A DNA stretch of 64,000 nt from Eledone cirrhosa (Eukaryota): assembly GCA_964016885.1 (NCBI GenBank), contig OZ024742.1, positions 316,200,001 through 316,264,000 on the forward strand, read 5' to 3'. The position numbers were made by a program, and so were the translations under genes. The notes under the pieces are model-generated. The model ran no database searches. It was not told the DNA's origin and saw only the letters and a program-made list of their open reading frames with translations. Below, in pieces: positions 27,641 through 41,255 of this stretch (positions are counted from its first letter, which is position 1; each line of letters starts with the position of its first letter).

Positions 27641-28370
27641 GAGAAGTCAGATTTGCAGCTTTTTACGGGACCACCCATGTAAACTCGCATATTTGAAGAG
27701 GTGTCGATTAAGAGTCGGGATCCGATCGATGTGGAAACAGTTGTAATATGCAATAAAGTTTCATAACAAGCTGCAAATCTGACTTCGTATTGTGATTCTA
27801 TGTACAAACTCCGTAGTTTATAGTTTGTAGTAGTTTGTTAGGACTTTTGAACGTATAGTCGATGATGAACGTGATACGTTGTTTGAAACACCAGATTTGT
27901 GTCATCCACATATCAAAATACATTATCACAGGAATGAGCCTCACTCTTCAGTACCGCCGTCAGAGTTGCTTATCTCACCTTACAAGGAAAAGATTGGCTA
28001 CGTCTCCAGTAATACCGACCCTAACCGCTTCACACTTCTCTTGGATGAATAATCTATTATTTTAATTTAGGTATGTGACCCTTCAACGTCACTTGTACCA
28101 AATAGCATGTGCAGCCTCATTTATTGTATGGTCAAGCATAGAAAATAATATAATATGAATTGCAATCAGTTGCTATAAAAACCCTTAGAGACGGAAAAAA
28201 TATAACAACGGCAGCTACGAAGAATCAAACTCATATATATAAATATATATATACACACACACATACTCACACTCACACCCACATATATATATATAAAATA
28301 TATATATATATATATATTCTTTCTCTCTTTCCCTCTCTCTCTATGTATATATGTATATATATATATAAAT

Positions 28371-28622
28371 ATGTAAGTCCAAAGAATCATTAGATAAAAT
28401 ATATACAGTATTTCCTCTCCCAATCAGTATAAATTAACCACATAAAAAATCATTTAAACGAGGCTATAAGTTCAAAATGTACTTATGAAGAAATAATAGA
28501 TAAATGATACAGATTATTTTCCGCGATGTACAGCCATATGACACTTATCTAATTATTTCCTCTAGCCTGTTGGGAGAGGAAATACTGTATATATTTTATC
28601 TAAGGATTCTTAGGACTTACAT
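28371..28622. repeat. Inverted repeat (53-bp arms, ~146-bp spacer) in a TA-flanked element
   Basis: 28371-28423 pairs with 28570-28622. Confidence 0.85.
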
Positions 28623-28714
28623 TTTTATATATAGCTCTGATTAATAATTATTTAATTAATTCTTCATTCAGCCACACCGTGAACAGTTGCCAAACTCATA
28701 TATGTATCTGTGAC

Positions 28715-28852
28715 TAGAGTTACGGCCCTTTCCATTCTGAGTTCATATCCCGCCGAGGTTAACTTTGCCTTTCATCCTTACGGTGTCGATAAAATAAAGT
28801 ACCAGTAATGCACTGGGATAATTGCTGGCCTTGTGCCAAAAGTAGAAACAAT
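28715..28852 (+). mobile_element. SINE family A (5'-truncated)
   Basis: B-box-like segment, core and tail present. Confidence 0.88.
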
Positions 28853-28998
28853 TATATATATATACCCTTTGAATTTTATATATATATATTTTTATATATA
28901 TATGTATATATATATATAAATATATATATATATAAAATTCAAAGGGTATATATATATAATTGTTTCTGTATATATATATATATATATACAGTGTGTTA

Positions 28999-29032
<34 letters not shown>

Positions 29033-29355
29033 CTGTATATATATATATATATATACTGTATATATATATATATATATACAGTATATATATATATATATAT
29101 ATATACTGTATATATATATATATATATATATACAGTGTGTTTCTTATTGGCAACATGACCCTCCCAAAGTATAACAATATATATATATATATATATATTG
29201 GAATAAATGCTCTGAAATAGCGATATATATGTGAATATAGACATAGAATATTCGAAAATATTCTGTATGTTTATAATAAACATTTTGAAGACCTAATCGC
29301 TATAGAATAGAATACGTCACGTATTACAATTAGATTCTCGATAAAAGCAAGGGAA

Positions 29356-29398
29356 GTAATCTACGCGTTTCATTCTTGTTAGAAATCTTCAGGACTAC
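29356..29398 (-). ncRNA. Minimal type-I hammerhead ribozyme (mirror of 29858-29900)
   Basis: Reverse complement is identical to the plus-strand motif. Confidence 0.8.
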
Positions 29399-29857
29399 AT
29401 ATCCAGTGCTTTTATCGAGAATGACACAGCTAGAGACTTATAGAATACTTAGCTGTGTACAGGAACTGGTTTGAAAGAGCGGTTGCCGGTCCGGCAGAAA
29501 TTAGAAATTGGAATAAATGCTCTGAAATAGCGATATATATGTGAATATAGACATAGAATATTCGAAAATATTCTGTATGTTTATAATAAACATTTTGAAG
29601 ACCTAATCGCTATAGAATAGAATACGTCACGTATTCTATTCTATAGCGATTAGGTCTTCAAAATGTTTATTATAAACATACAGAATATTTTCGAATATTC
29701 TATGTCTATATTCACATATATATCGCTATTTCAGAGCATTTATTCCAATTTCTAATTTCTGCCGGACCGGCAACCGCTCTTTCAAACCAGTTCCTGTACA
29801 CAGCTAAGTATTCTATAAGTCTCTAGCTGTGTCATTCTCGATAAAAGCATTGGATAT

Positions 29858-29900
29858 GTAGTCCTGAAGATTTCTAACAAGAATGAAACGCGTAGATTAC
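29858..29900 (+). ncRNA. Minimal type-I hammerhead ribozyme
   Basis: gtagtc-CTGAAGA-t-ttct-aaca-agaa-t-GAAAC-gc-GTA-gattac; 6-bp stem I, 4-bp stem II, self-complementary ACGCGT stem III, GUA triplet. Confidence 0.8.
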
Positions 29901-30020
29901 TTCCCTTGCTTTTATCGAGAATCTAATTGTAATACGTGACGTATTCTATTCTATAGCGATTAGGTCTTCAAAATGTTTATTATAAACATACAGAATATTT
30001 TCGAATATTCTATGTCTATA

Positions 30021-30102
<82 letters not shown>

Positions 30103-30158
30103 TATATGTATGTATATGTATATATATATATAGGTTATTATGTAACTAACACACACAC

Positions 30159-30267
<109 letters not shown>

Positions 30268-30283
30268 CGCACACATACGCACA

Positions 30284-30327
<44 letters not shown>

Positions 30328-30792
30328 GTATAAAAGAGAAAACACAGGTAAGCATTAAGAGAAGGATTTTATCCAGGTATTTACGACCATTTCATTAGTA
30401 AGTGCAACCTTATATTGCTATACTGCAAATAGCAGCCACTCAATTATAATTGTTGTTCACAGTCCAAATTTTCACAATAGTGAGTTACTCTTGAAATAAT
30501 TCTTAATATATAGAGAAAAACATTTATTTGGAATTGTATTTACTAGTATAGAGAGAGAGGAATCAGGAGGTGAGGGGACAGGCAGCATAGTATAGAGAGA
30601 GAGGAAGGGGGAGGAGGTAGGAAGTAGAATGACAAACTGAGATGGAGGGAGGGGTAGAGGTGGAAGGATTCTTTGGTCAGTTTTGATAGCAGACATCATG
30701 TCGTGGAGTGTAGTGAGTTAAAGAGAATTAAATAGATAATAGTGGGAGGGATCGATAGAGAGGGAGAGAGGGGGGGGGGATATAAAGAGATA

Positions 30793-30940
<148 letters not shown>

Positions 30941-31219
30941 CATACATATACATATATATATATAAAAAATAAAAATAAAGATAATAATGACAAAAATAAA
31001 AGCAAAGAAGGGGGTGAGAAAGAAGAAAAGAAAAGATAGCCAAGAAGGGAGGGAAGGAAGGAAGAAAACGAAGAAATAGAAGAGGAATGAGGGAGAAGAG
31101 GGGGATATATGTATTGGTTTTGTGGGTAATTAAAGGGTCTAGATATAAGAGGGTATAAAGTCTAAGTATATGCAGTTTATCAGTTGGTAGTAAGAGGTTA
31201 AGGGTTCGATTTGTAGTGC

Positions 31220-31519
31220 GAAAATTTCTCTTTGAGTCTATGGTTACAATAAATTGATCTCTCAATTTTATTGTTGAGTAACTATTCTTCGAACTTAAGA
31301 TGTGGAACAGCCCAAGGTCACATAATCGACAGCTTCTCATACCACTCCGATATGGGGGCGCGTTCGATCATTTTTTCCACTTCAGGGTGTATTGGTGGTT
31401 ACTTTCCCTCAGTTGCCAGGTCTTGTTTGCAAGGGTAGTTACATAACGGTGTGTATACCATCCATGAAACTGGCTTTCTTAACCAAAAACTGGATCACAA
31501 TAAGCAATTTTTTGCTTCT

Positions 31520-31520
<1 letters not shown>
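31220..31520 (-). mobile_element. Penelope-like element GIY-YIG C-terminal fossil
   Basis: Minus frame [47 protein letters not shown] resembles the PLE T-x-L...W-x-L...W...PY...C-x-LC motif. Confidence 0.7.
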
Positions 31521-31588
<68 letters not shown>

Positions 31589-31696
31589 TAAATTATCGAG
31601 AATCGCATTTCGGCCCACGAAATAACGAAATATATATATATATATATATATATATACGATATTAACAAATGGAAACTATATTTATAAAACCATATT

Positions 31697-31761
31697 TATT
31701 TCATTATACATATTTCAAGGACACCAAGTTAAATTATGGTGTGCTTTCATCAGATAAAATA
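31697..31761 (-). ncRNA. Type-I hammerhead ribozyme (mirror of 31893-31957)
   Basis: Reverse complement of the plus-strand motif. Confidence 0.75.
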
Positions 31762-31892
31762 TAATATAGATCAGTTTTATAAATAAATATTCAGATACCC
31801 TTAAAAAATGCAACCATTACTGTTGGAAGCTCCCGGATAGTTGCATTTTTTCAGGGTATGTCAATATTTATTTATAAAACTGATCTATATTA

Positions 31893-31957
31893 TATTTTAT
31901 CTGATGAAAGCACACCATAATTTAACTTGGTGTCCTTGAAATATGTATAATGAAATA
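31893..31957 (+). ncRNA. Type-I hammerhead ribozyme
   Basis: tattttat-CTGATGA-aagcacacca-(10 nt)-tggtgtcctt-GAAAT-atgt-ATA-atgaaata; stems I, II and III can form; AUA triplet. Confidence 0.75.
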
Positions 31958-32084
31958 AATATGGTTTTATAAATATAGTTTCCATTTGTTAATATCGTAT
32001 TTTTACTCCAAATATTTGTTGAGTGCTTTATATCAGTTATAAAAGTATTTGCTTGTTGTATCCCAACAATTTAAATAGAACTTT

Positions 32085-32121
<37 letters not shown>

Positions 32122-32358
32122 CAAGTTATCGTTATAGGTAATCCACGTCGTGGATAGTTTTAACGTACGGCTTTGTTTGACTCAACAAGATGTTTCCATA
32201 GTTAGGCAGGGAGTTCGCGGTAATTTCTATGTAGGTTATACTTGGAGTAATAATAGTTAAAGAATGAAGAGTAACATGGGTGGCTGTACAGCAAAGGGCT
32301 TTATTTAAAGTATTGACAATTGTTTCGTTGATCAGGTGAGTCTAGAGTTCGCTAATCG

Positions 32359-32408
<50 letters not shown>

Positions 32409-32409
32409 A

Positions 32410-32530
32410 TAATAATAAAATTGAAGACTAAAATCCAAAGAGGGCTCGATAAGGATAAATATATATCAAATATATAAGGACCGTAGAGCAAATATTTATT
32501 AAAATAACAGATTAAAGTTTAAGCAAAGAA
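32410..32530 (+). mobile_element. TA-flanked repeat fragment shared with 21372-21460 and 54570-54785
   Basis: TGAAGACTAAAATCCAAAGAGGGCTCGATAAGG...GTTTAAGCAAAGAAT is near-identical at 54585-54695. Confidence 0.8.
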
Positions 32531-33109
32531 TATATATATACATATATATATATATATATTTCTACGTAAATGACCATAGATTTACTCAGCCTGGGGCTAA
32601 CATCCTGGTTGTCCATTTCAACATTATACTTGAAATCCATGAAATATACGATAAATGTAGATACTAAGATACGCATCTGTATATGCATAAACGCACATTT
32701 AAAACCTTCATCCATTAGTACACACCCCTGCATACACACAAACACACATACAAATGCATATTTCCGCTGATTAAGTCTCACCAAGTAACTTCCACCTACA
32801 TCTTTCCCGCCCGGCACCAACTAACATGATACCAGCTAAATGCCTGTCTGTTAGCATAGCCTATTATAGATGCCACCTACGTCACAACAACAGCAGCACT
32901 ACCACCATTATACCACCACCACCACCACCACCACCAATGCCGCCGCCTCGACTACAACCACCTCCACCACCATCATCATCAAAACCACCACCACCACCGC
33001 AGCCTCCATCACCGCCGCCGCCATCTTCTCTACTAGCACTAACACTCACCCTCTGGCGTCTACACAGGAACCACCCTGGAAGTCGAAGCATTTTCTGAAG
33101 TAGTGACAC

Positions 33110-33526
33110 AGATATATATATATATACACACACATACATACATATATACACACCCATACATACATATATACGCACGCATACACATGCATACATACACACA
33201 CATACATACATACACACATATATACATACATAAATAAATACATACATCCACATATACATATGAACATACACATATACATACATATATATATATACATACA
33301 TATATATACACATATACATACATATATACATACACACACATATATACATTCACACATGCATACGGACATACATGCATTCATACATACATATATGCATAAA
33401 TATATATAAATACATACATACATACACACATATTTGCGTACACATGAATGCGTCTTCTTGAGTCCCTTCTTATATGTCCCTGTATGTTTATTTATATGTA
33501 TGTATACATGTATATATGTATATATG

Positions 33527-33560
<34 letters not shown>

Positions 33561-34110
33561 TGTATGTATGTATGTATGCATGTGTGTGTGTATGTATGTA
33601 TGTATATATATATGTATGTATGTATGCATATATGTATGTACGTATGTATGGATGTAGGCATGTATGTATGTATGTATAGATGTAGGCATGTATGTATGTA
33701 TGCATGTATGTATGTATGTATGTATGTATGCCTGTATGTATGCATGCATGTATGTATGTATGTATTCATGTATGTTTGTATTTACATATGAATGCATATT
33801 TGTATGTATGTATCTATGTATATATGTATGTGTCTATGTATGTTTGTATGTATATATATATATATATGTATCTATTTATATATGTTTGTATGTATATATG
33901 TTTGTAGGTGTGTATGTATGTATGTATGTATATATATGTATCTATGTATATATGTATGTATATATGTATGTTTGTATGTGCGTATGTATGTATATATGTT
34001 TGTATGTGTGTATGTATGTAAATATATATGTATGTATCTATGTATATATGTATGTATCTATGTATGTTTGTATGTGTGTATGTATGTATGTATGTATATA
34101 TGTATCTATT

Positions 34111-34144
<34 letters not shown>

Positions 34145-34790
34145 TGTATGTATGTATGTATGTATGTATGTTTGTATGTGTGTATGTATGTATGTATATA
34201 TGTATGTATCTATGTATATATGTATGTATATATATATGTTTGTATGTGTATATGTATGTATGTATATATATATATGTATCTATTTTTATATGTATGTATG
34301 TATATATGTTTGTATCTATGTATGTTTGTATGTGTGTATGTATGTATGTATGTATGTATGTATATATATATATATATATATGTTTATATATATATATATG
34401 CATGTATGTATGTATATATGTTTGTATGTATGTATGTATGTGACTGTGATGTGTTTGCTTATATAAGCACTATTGTAGGCGAGTAAACTTACACGGATAC
34501 AGATACACACTCATCGTTATACCCTGGGTGGAGTCAAAAACCTGAAATATGAATATACATACATTAACCATAGAAATGTACACGTATACACACATACATA
34601 CATATACACACTCGCACGCGTATATACGTATATATATAAACATATTTACATACATATATATATGCGCACATCTATATACGCATATATAAACATATTTACA
34701 TATATATATATATATATATATATGCGCACATCTATACAAACACATATAAATACATGAATTCAGTCATGTATCTACACACATATATATATA
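33110..34790. repeat. Compound (TACA/ATGT/TA)n simple-sequence field
   Basis: About 1.7 kb of degenerate di- and tetranucleotide repeats with short unique breaks. Confidence 0.9.
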
Positions 34791-34792
34791 TA

Positions 34793-34872
34793 CAGGGGTG
34801 TCCCTAAAATGTATACATACTTTGATTAGAATGATGTTGAAGTGTGTATATATATATTTTGTGGGACACCCT

Positions 34873-34873
<1 letters not shown>
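34793..34873. mobile_element. Tiny Tc1/mariner-type MITE
   Basis: TIRs CAGGG(G)TGTCCC...GGGACACCCTG, preceded by TA. Confidence 0.65.
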
Positions 34874-34964
<91 letters not shown>

Positions 34965-34966
34965 AG

Positions 34967-35155
34967 AAGTATGACGCCGACGGCAGAGCTCAAGCCGTTT
35001 CGACGGGTATTTCTGGACTAGAAATAGCCGTCGAAACGGCTTGAGCTCTGCCGTCGGGGTAATACTTGTTCCTATTACCCACTCTACTACTACCCTAAGT
35101 ATTGAGTACTTTGGTGCGTTATGGTCCGTCTGGTTCCTTATCACAACTCCTTCGT
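34967..35155 (+). mobile_element. TA-flanked foldback element (palindrome 34967-35067) containing the 3' half of a hammerhead; same family as 53323-53576
   Basis: Centred on gacgg(g)tatttct-ggact-agaaatagccgtc, followed by GAAAC-ggc...gcc-GTC; tail CCCTAAGTATTGAGTACT..GGTGCGTTATGGTCC is shared with 53540-53572. Confidence 0.75.
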
Positions 35156-35226
<71 letters not shown>

Positions 35227-35252
35227 ATATATAGACACACACATATATATAT

Positions 35253-35313
<61 letters not shown>

Positions 35314-35380
35314 TATATATATATGTATAAATAAACGTGTGTGTGTTTCTATATATATATATATATATGTATGTATATAT

Positions 35381-35414
<34 letters not shown>

Positions 35415-35961
35415 CATATATATGTATGTATAAATAAACGTGTGTGTGTTTCTATATATATATATATATATGTGTATGTATATATATATACAGAACACGT
35501 ATATACAAAACACATATATACAAAACACATATATACAAAACACATATATACAAACACATATATACAAACACATATATACAAACACATACACACGCATATG
35601 AAGCAGATACATTTATGTGCTTAAAATGAGAATTAGTCATAGACGGGTAGAGGCGGATTTCTTCAAGTACACTGCCGAGCGTTGTTAGTGAAAATGAATC
35701 CATTAGCGCGCCTGCAGTACTTATAAAAAGAACGACTCTTAGCCACGTGTGCATACACATTGACACACAAACACAGTGATACATATTAGATCATTATGCC
35801 ATGGTATAACATATCGGGGTATAAGCTACCTGACATACTGACACACAAACACACTGACATACGCACTTACCACAGAACAAGCCGCGTAAGCCAGACGTAT
35901 AAAATAACGAATAAGTATTCAGAATGGCAGACAGACAGACACACACACACACACACACACA

Positions 35962-36071
<110 letters not shown>

Positions 36072-36177
36072 GCTGTGAGTGAGACATCCATCTAGATATT
36101 TCCATATTTTTATGGTGATTATATATATATGTATATATATATGTATATATATATATATATATATAAATATATATGTG

Positions 36178-36217
<40 letters not shown>

Positions 36218-36219
36218 GT

Positions 36220-36262
<43 letters not shown>

Positions 36263-36422
36263 TCAATACTCATCTTTTTCCGTTTCTCCGAGGGTTCTTA
36301 ACCCCACTATCAGGCTAAATAATTTCTTTAATTTCTTTAGTCAAAATACGGCGACAGCTTACATTTCTAATAATTTCAAACCCACTCGCTGTTTCGAAAA
36401 ATATTCTTACTTGATATATATA

Positions 36423-37314
36423 TCTATATATATAAAACTGTGGTTGTCTGTCTGTCTATCGATTTTTGGCACACATCTCCTCTTAGAATCTCTGACGGAA
36501 TTGCACCGAAATTGCTATACTTGTACATTGAGCCCTAGCGAAGACATCGGAAAAAAATATTTCAAATTGACCCACCCTATGTGACGAAATCGAATATAAT
36601 GTATCGATTTTTGAGCGTAAGTTATCAGTTATTTCCCTTTGTTCTGTTTACATTGAGCGTCTTACGTAAAAAATTACGCTGGCTTTCTCAGCGTTTAAAA
36701 TGACATTAACACAATACACGAACAGTTGTCGAGCCAGCAAAATATTGACCTGCAAAATTCATCAGTTCGAACACTAAACTTCCGTTTTGCTTCATTTCCA
36801 TTTAAAAGCATTTTAAAACAATATTTTTACTTGAAAACAAGTCTATTTAAAGACTACGTAAAACAAGCAAATATTTCGTCGTTAGGCGTGCAGACAGACA
36901 GTGGTGCAGACAGACAGTCGTGCAGAGAGGTGATATAGGCGTGCAGACAGACAGTCGTGCAGAGAGGTGATATAGGCGTGCAGACAGACAGTCGTGCAGA
37001 GAGGTGATATAGGCGTGCAGACAGACAGTCGTGCAGAGAGGTGATATAGGCGTGCAGACAGACATAACTGATAATTTGGTTACGCTAATGTTTTTTTCTA
37101 TCCCCAGCATCCTCTTTTGTTATAACATTCGGGTTATCGTTATGTTTTCTTAACTTCATAAGGCATATTGTTGGTTGAGGGAATATTAATCAAAAACACC
37201 ACATGCAAGTCTGCACAGTAGACACTACAGTTTTTAAGCCAAGAAAGAAACTTAACATTGTAACTTTAACACAGCTACTGAGCGACCCCGAGCAACGCCG
37301 GGCTTTACTGCTAG
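36423..37314 (+). mobile_element. Non-autonomous Helitron
   Basis: 5' A|TCTATATATATAAAA..GTCTGTCTGTCT; subterminal hairpin CCCG-agcaacgc-CGGG; 3' CTAG|T; no TSD. Confidence 0.85.
36883..37063 (+). repeat. 37-bp minisatellite (~5 copies) inside the Helitron
   Basis: TAGGCGTGCAGACAGACAGTCGTGCAGAGAGGTGATA starts at 36936, 36973, 37010 and 37047 (last partial), with a variant at 36883. Confidence 0.95.
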
Positions 37315-37420
37315 TATATAATAGTTCTAGTGTCCAGCAAGCCTTTTCAAGACGACGCCCTTGAAAGACTTGATGAACACACAAGCCGAACTCGCTTGGC
37401 ACCGCCGTCGGGATTTTACA

Positions 37421-37557
<137 letters not shown>

Positions 37558-37755
37558 GCAATATGCGCTGTATTCTAGCATAAATATTTATTGATTAGAT
37601 ATGTATAAATTCTCTAGAGATACACTGTATACTAAAAACAATATACATGGATACATATACGTATATTGTTTAATATATTGTCATATAGAATATATACATA
37701 TTATCTAATTAATAAATATCTGTTAGAATACAGCACATAGAAGATTTAAGGTAAA

Positions 37756-37795
<40 letters not shown>

Positions 37796-38944
37796 TGTGT
37801 GTGTGTGTATAAATATAAGTGTATCTGTATGTTTACATGCATGCGTGCGTACGTGTGTGTCTGAGATATGTTCTAATGATTTATTACGTCAAGTACGATG
37901 CAAGCTTCAGCAAGTATGTCCTTATTAACAGACGGTGAATTGATATTTATAGTAAAGATTTCACCGCAAGCGATAGAAACAGGCAACAAGCAATACAGGA
38001 AAAGACAGCAATAAATACACCAATAAATATAGAAATGACAAGAAATCTTCAAGAAAATCATAGCTGATAGTATAATGGCTGATGGCTGCTGTATTATCAT
38101 TTTTCTTTTTTGTCATTAGTCTCAAGCGCATAACATTGGAATACATATTTTGATAAGAGTACTCAACGCATATATTCGTGTGTAGAGTTTGTATAAGTAT
38201 ATTCTAATATTTATAACAGGACACTGGGTTGTATGTACAATTTTTATTTACGAAGATTGAGCTGAGTAGAGTTGAATAGTTGACATGCCAAGAGAGATGA
38301 AAGAATGAATTCAGGAATTCAGAAGACACAGTCCACTGGCTGAAGTGTTGCCAGGCCGTGGTTAAGTTGTTGTGTTACATGTTGGCTAGTGTTTTCACGA
38401 CGAAAGAAAGTTAGTTGTTTACCTCTTTGAAGTCAGGATGCGAGAGAGTATACCTTCGGCGAAACGCGCCTGGCCGAAGGCCAGCAGCCAAAAGGTGAAA
38501 AGAGAGGGAGATAGCTTCAGCTATCTCCTTTATAGTTGCCTGGACGGAAGTCACAAAGAAGGTTCTACAACCTCAACGGGAAGTAACTCCAGCTACTTCC
38601 TGTCCAGAGAGCGCTACATATTTATTCGTGACGCTAAACTCCGCCAGTTGCAGACTGCGCAACAACATCAGACATTTTTCTGTACAAAGTCGATCACCAG
38701 CAGCAGAGTTTAAAGAGCAAAGATCAAGCCCAGTCCATAAGTTGACATGATTAGATATTAGAATTCCATTGCCTCAAGAGAGTTGGTATTACAGTCATTG
38801 ATGGCACATACAACACACGTACCATCAATGACCGTATTACCAACTCTCTCCAGACAATGTTATTCTAATACTTAATCTTCAAATATTACTTTTGAGTGGT
38901 TTAAGTTTTTTCAAATCTTTCTCTCATACATTATATTAATACAC

Positions 38945-39500
38945 AAATCCCGCCGAGGTTGACTTTGCCTTTCATCCTTACGGAGTCGATAAAATAAAGT
39001 ACCAGTAATGTACTGGGTAATTGCTGGCCTTGTGCCTAAAGTAGAAACAATTATATTAATACACAAGGGCGGTGGGTGGATTGGCAGTATCGGTAAAGGG
39101 TCGGACGCCATGCTTTGACGCATAGAGTTACGGCCCTTGCCATTCTGAGTTCAAATCCCGCCGAGGTTAACTTTGCCTTTAAACCTTACGGAGTCGATAA
39201 AATAAAGTACCAGTAATACACTGGTATAATTGCTGACCTTGTGCCAAAAGTAGAAACAATTATATTAATACACCCAAAGGGGAGTGGATTGGCAGTATCG
39301 GTAGAGGGTCAGACGCCATGCTTTGCAGCGTAGAGTTACGGCCCTTTATGATCTGAGTTCAAACCCCTCCGAGGTTAACTTTTCCTTTCATCCTTACGGG
39401 GTCGATAAAATAAAGTACCAGTAACGCACTGGGGTTGATTTAATCGACTTTCTCCTTCCCCGGAATTGCTGGCCTTGTGCCTATATAAAAAAAACATTAT
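38945..39500 (+). mobile_element. Three head-to-tail SINE family A copies
   Basis: Copies at about 38945-39052 (truncated), 39067-39262 and 39280-39500, separated by ATTATATTAATACAC. Confidence 0.9.
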
Positions 39501-40095
39501 ATTAATATACTAATGGTCTTTCATCATTGAAACCTTTGACAAAAGCATGTACATGCTTTTCATAGCAGAACGACATCGAATGTGTCTGGCATGAAAATCC
39601 TCTAGGTCCGCTGACCACCAGTGGGCTTCCTTTGTATCTAATTTTCTGCCAGACCTTATTATAGCGTGTGACTTTCATTCTATCAAATTTGCTACACCAA
39701 AATGTCCAGTTCTGTTTCTCATAGACGTTTTTCTACACATAAATATCTTTGCCTCTTCCACTTCTAATAACATTTACCGACATTGCAGATGACGTAACCT
39801 TTCATTCTTCCTTAAGACACGACATGTTAGTCTCATTTATATGCAACGTAAACACCTAGAATAAATTGTCCACTGTCTCCACAAACAATAACTAAGAAAA
39901 TAGGAACCAACTAGGAAGACATTATGCAATCGCTGATAGACATTAAAATTTTGTTTATAGACATTAAATATTACGTTTATAGACATTAAAATCCAAATAT
40001 GTTTGTGGAATACAATAAATATATGTTCAAGTGTGCTTTTTTTTACTAAGCTTTTCTTTTTTCTATGTTATACGTCGTGTGTGTTTCTGTATGTG

Positions 40096-40139
<44 letters not shown>

Positions 40140-40869
40140 GCGCGTGTGTGTGTGTGTGTATGTGAGTGTTCTAAATAGGCGAATTGAGTACACACCTTTG
40201 GTCTTCATACATTGTTTTTTCTATCAACATCTGTGAATACACCGTACATTGACCGTCGTTATGCGAACAAAAAACGAGGGAAATACAGTAGGAAATATAA
40301 AATATTAAATGCATAAGCCACATAAAAACATGAGATAATGACATTATAATAAAAACTTTAAAAACAAAATAGAAAACTAAAGAGCTTTCATATCCTATCC
40401 TATATATGTGAAAAATGGAAGAACCAAAAAGTATCATATTGTTCACTAGGTGAAAGTCACACTGTTGTTGTTGCACTGGTGAATAAGTGGTTAATGAGGT
40501 TAAGGTGACACGTGTCCATAATATATTGAATCACTTACACGATAATTCATGACCAGGATACCGAGTTGATCAAACGGTAGAATGCTCATTATAGAAAGGA
40601 GTGATGGATATATCATATAAATGAATTGAAAATTAGTGTTAGCACGCAAACATGGAAGTCAGACAAAATACCGCATTGCATTTTATCCTACACACTTACC
40701 ACTCAAGTAATTCATTACCAGCCTCCGGTATTTAAAAGGGAATAGAAACAAGAGTATAGGGAAGTAAGCCACCCATGGAATTGTAATAATTTTAATAACG
40801 TAAGGAAACTCCCGTGGCCAGCAGCAACCCAAACGTCCAAATATTGGCAAAATGCTGGCAATACTCCTG

Positions 40870-41255
40870 TAAATAAATTTGCTTTATTCCTTCGATCACG
40901 AAGACAATGGCTATGGGTTCGATATGTGAAACGACATTTGTTAATGATGCAATTAAGCCTTCAAAAATAAAAGATCACCTTGAGATGAAACATTTACAGT
41001 AGTAAAACAAATATTTTCAATTTTTTATGACATGAAATAGAAGGTTTGGAAAACCTCCATCACTAATTGATTTTCTGAAGTCACCCACTCATATTTGGTT
41101 TCTTACAATATATACTTTAACAACATATAAAAAAAGACAGTCTTATACAAGCAGAGAGTATACTAATACGGCCAGCTGTGAAGAAATGCATTGAAACTTT
41201 TATTAACAAGGACACCAGCCTATTTTTATAGTTATGTCTCTGTGGAACAATATTT
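40870..41255 (+). pseudogene. hAT (Buster/Charlie-like) transposase N-terminal fossil
   Basis: SICETTFVNDAIKPSKIKDHLEMKH (BED-finger region, N-x-x-MKPSKL-x-x-H), then SYNI...AESILIRPAVKKCIET...SLWNN, with frameshifts. Confidence 0.75.

Larger units (their letters stand above)
29197..30024. mobile_element. Hammerhead-containing 310-bp-unit element in partial tandem plus inverted arrangement (PLE pseudo-LTR/retrozyme-like)
   Basis: Unit restarts at 29197 and 29507 (period 310); 29232-29626 mirrors 29630-30024 with one mismatch seen; (TA)n on both sides. Confidence 0.85.
31655..31999. repeat. Foldback palindrome (~160-bp arms) in a TA-flanked hammerhead element spanning about 31655-32090
   Basis: Outer ~130 bp perfectly inverted, inner ~30 bp imperfect; loop at 31815-31839. 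Confidence 0.95.
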
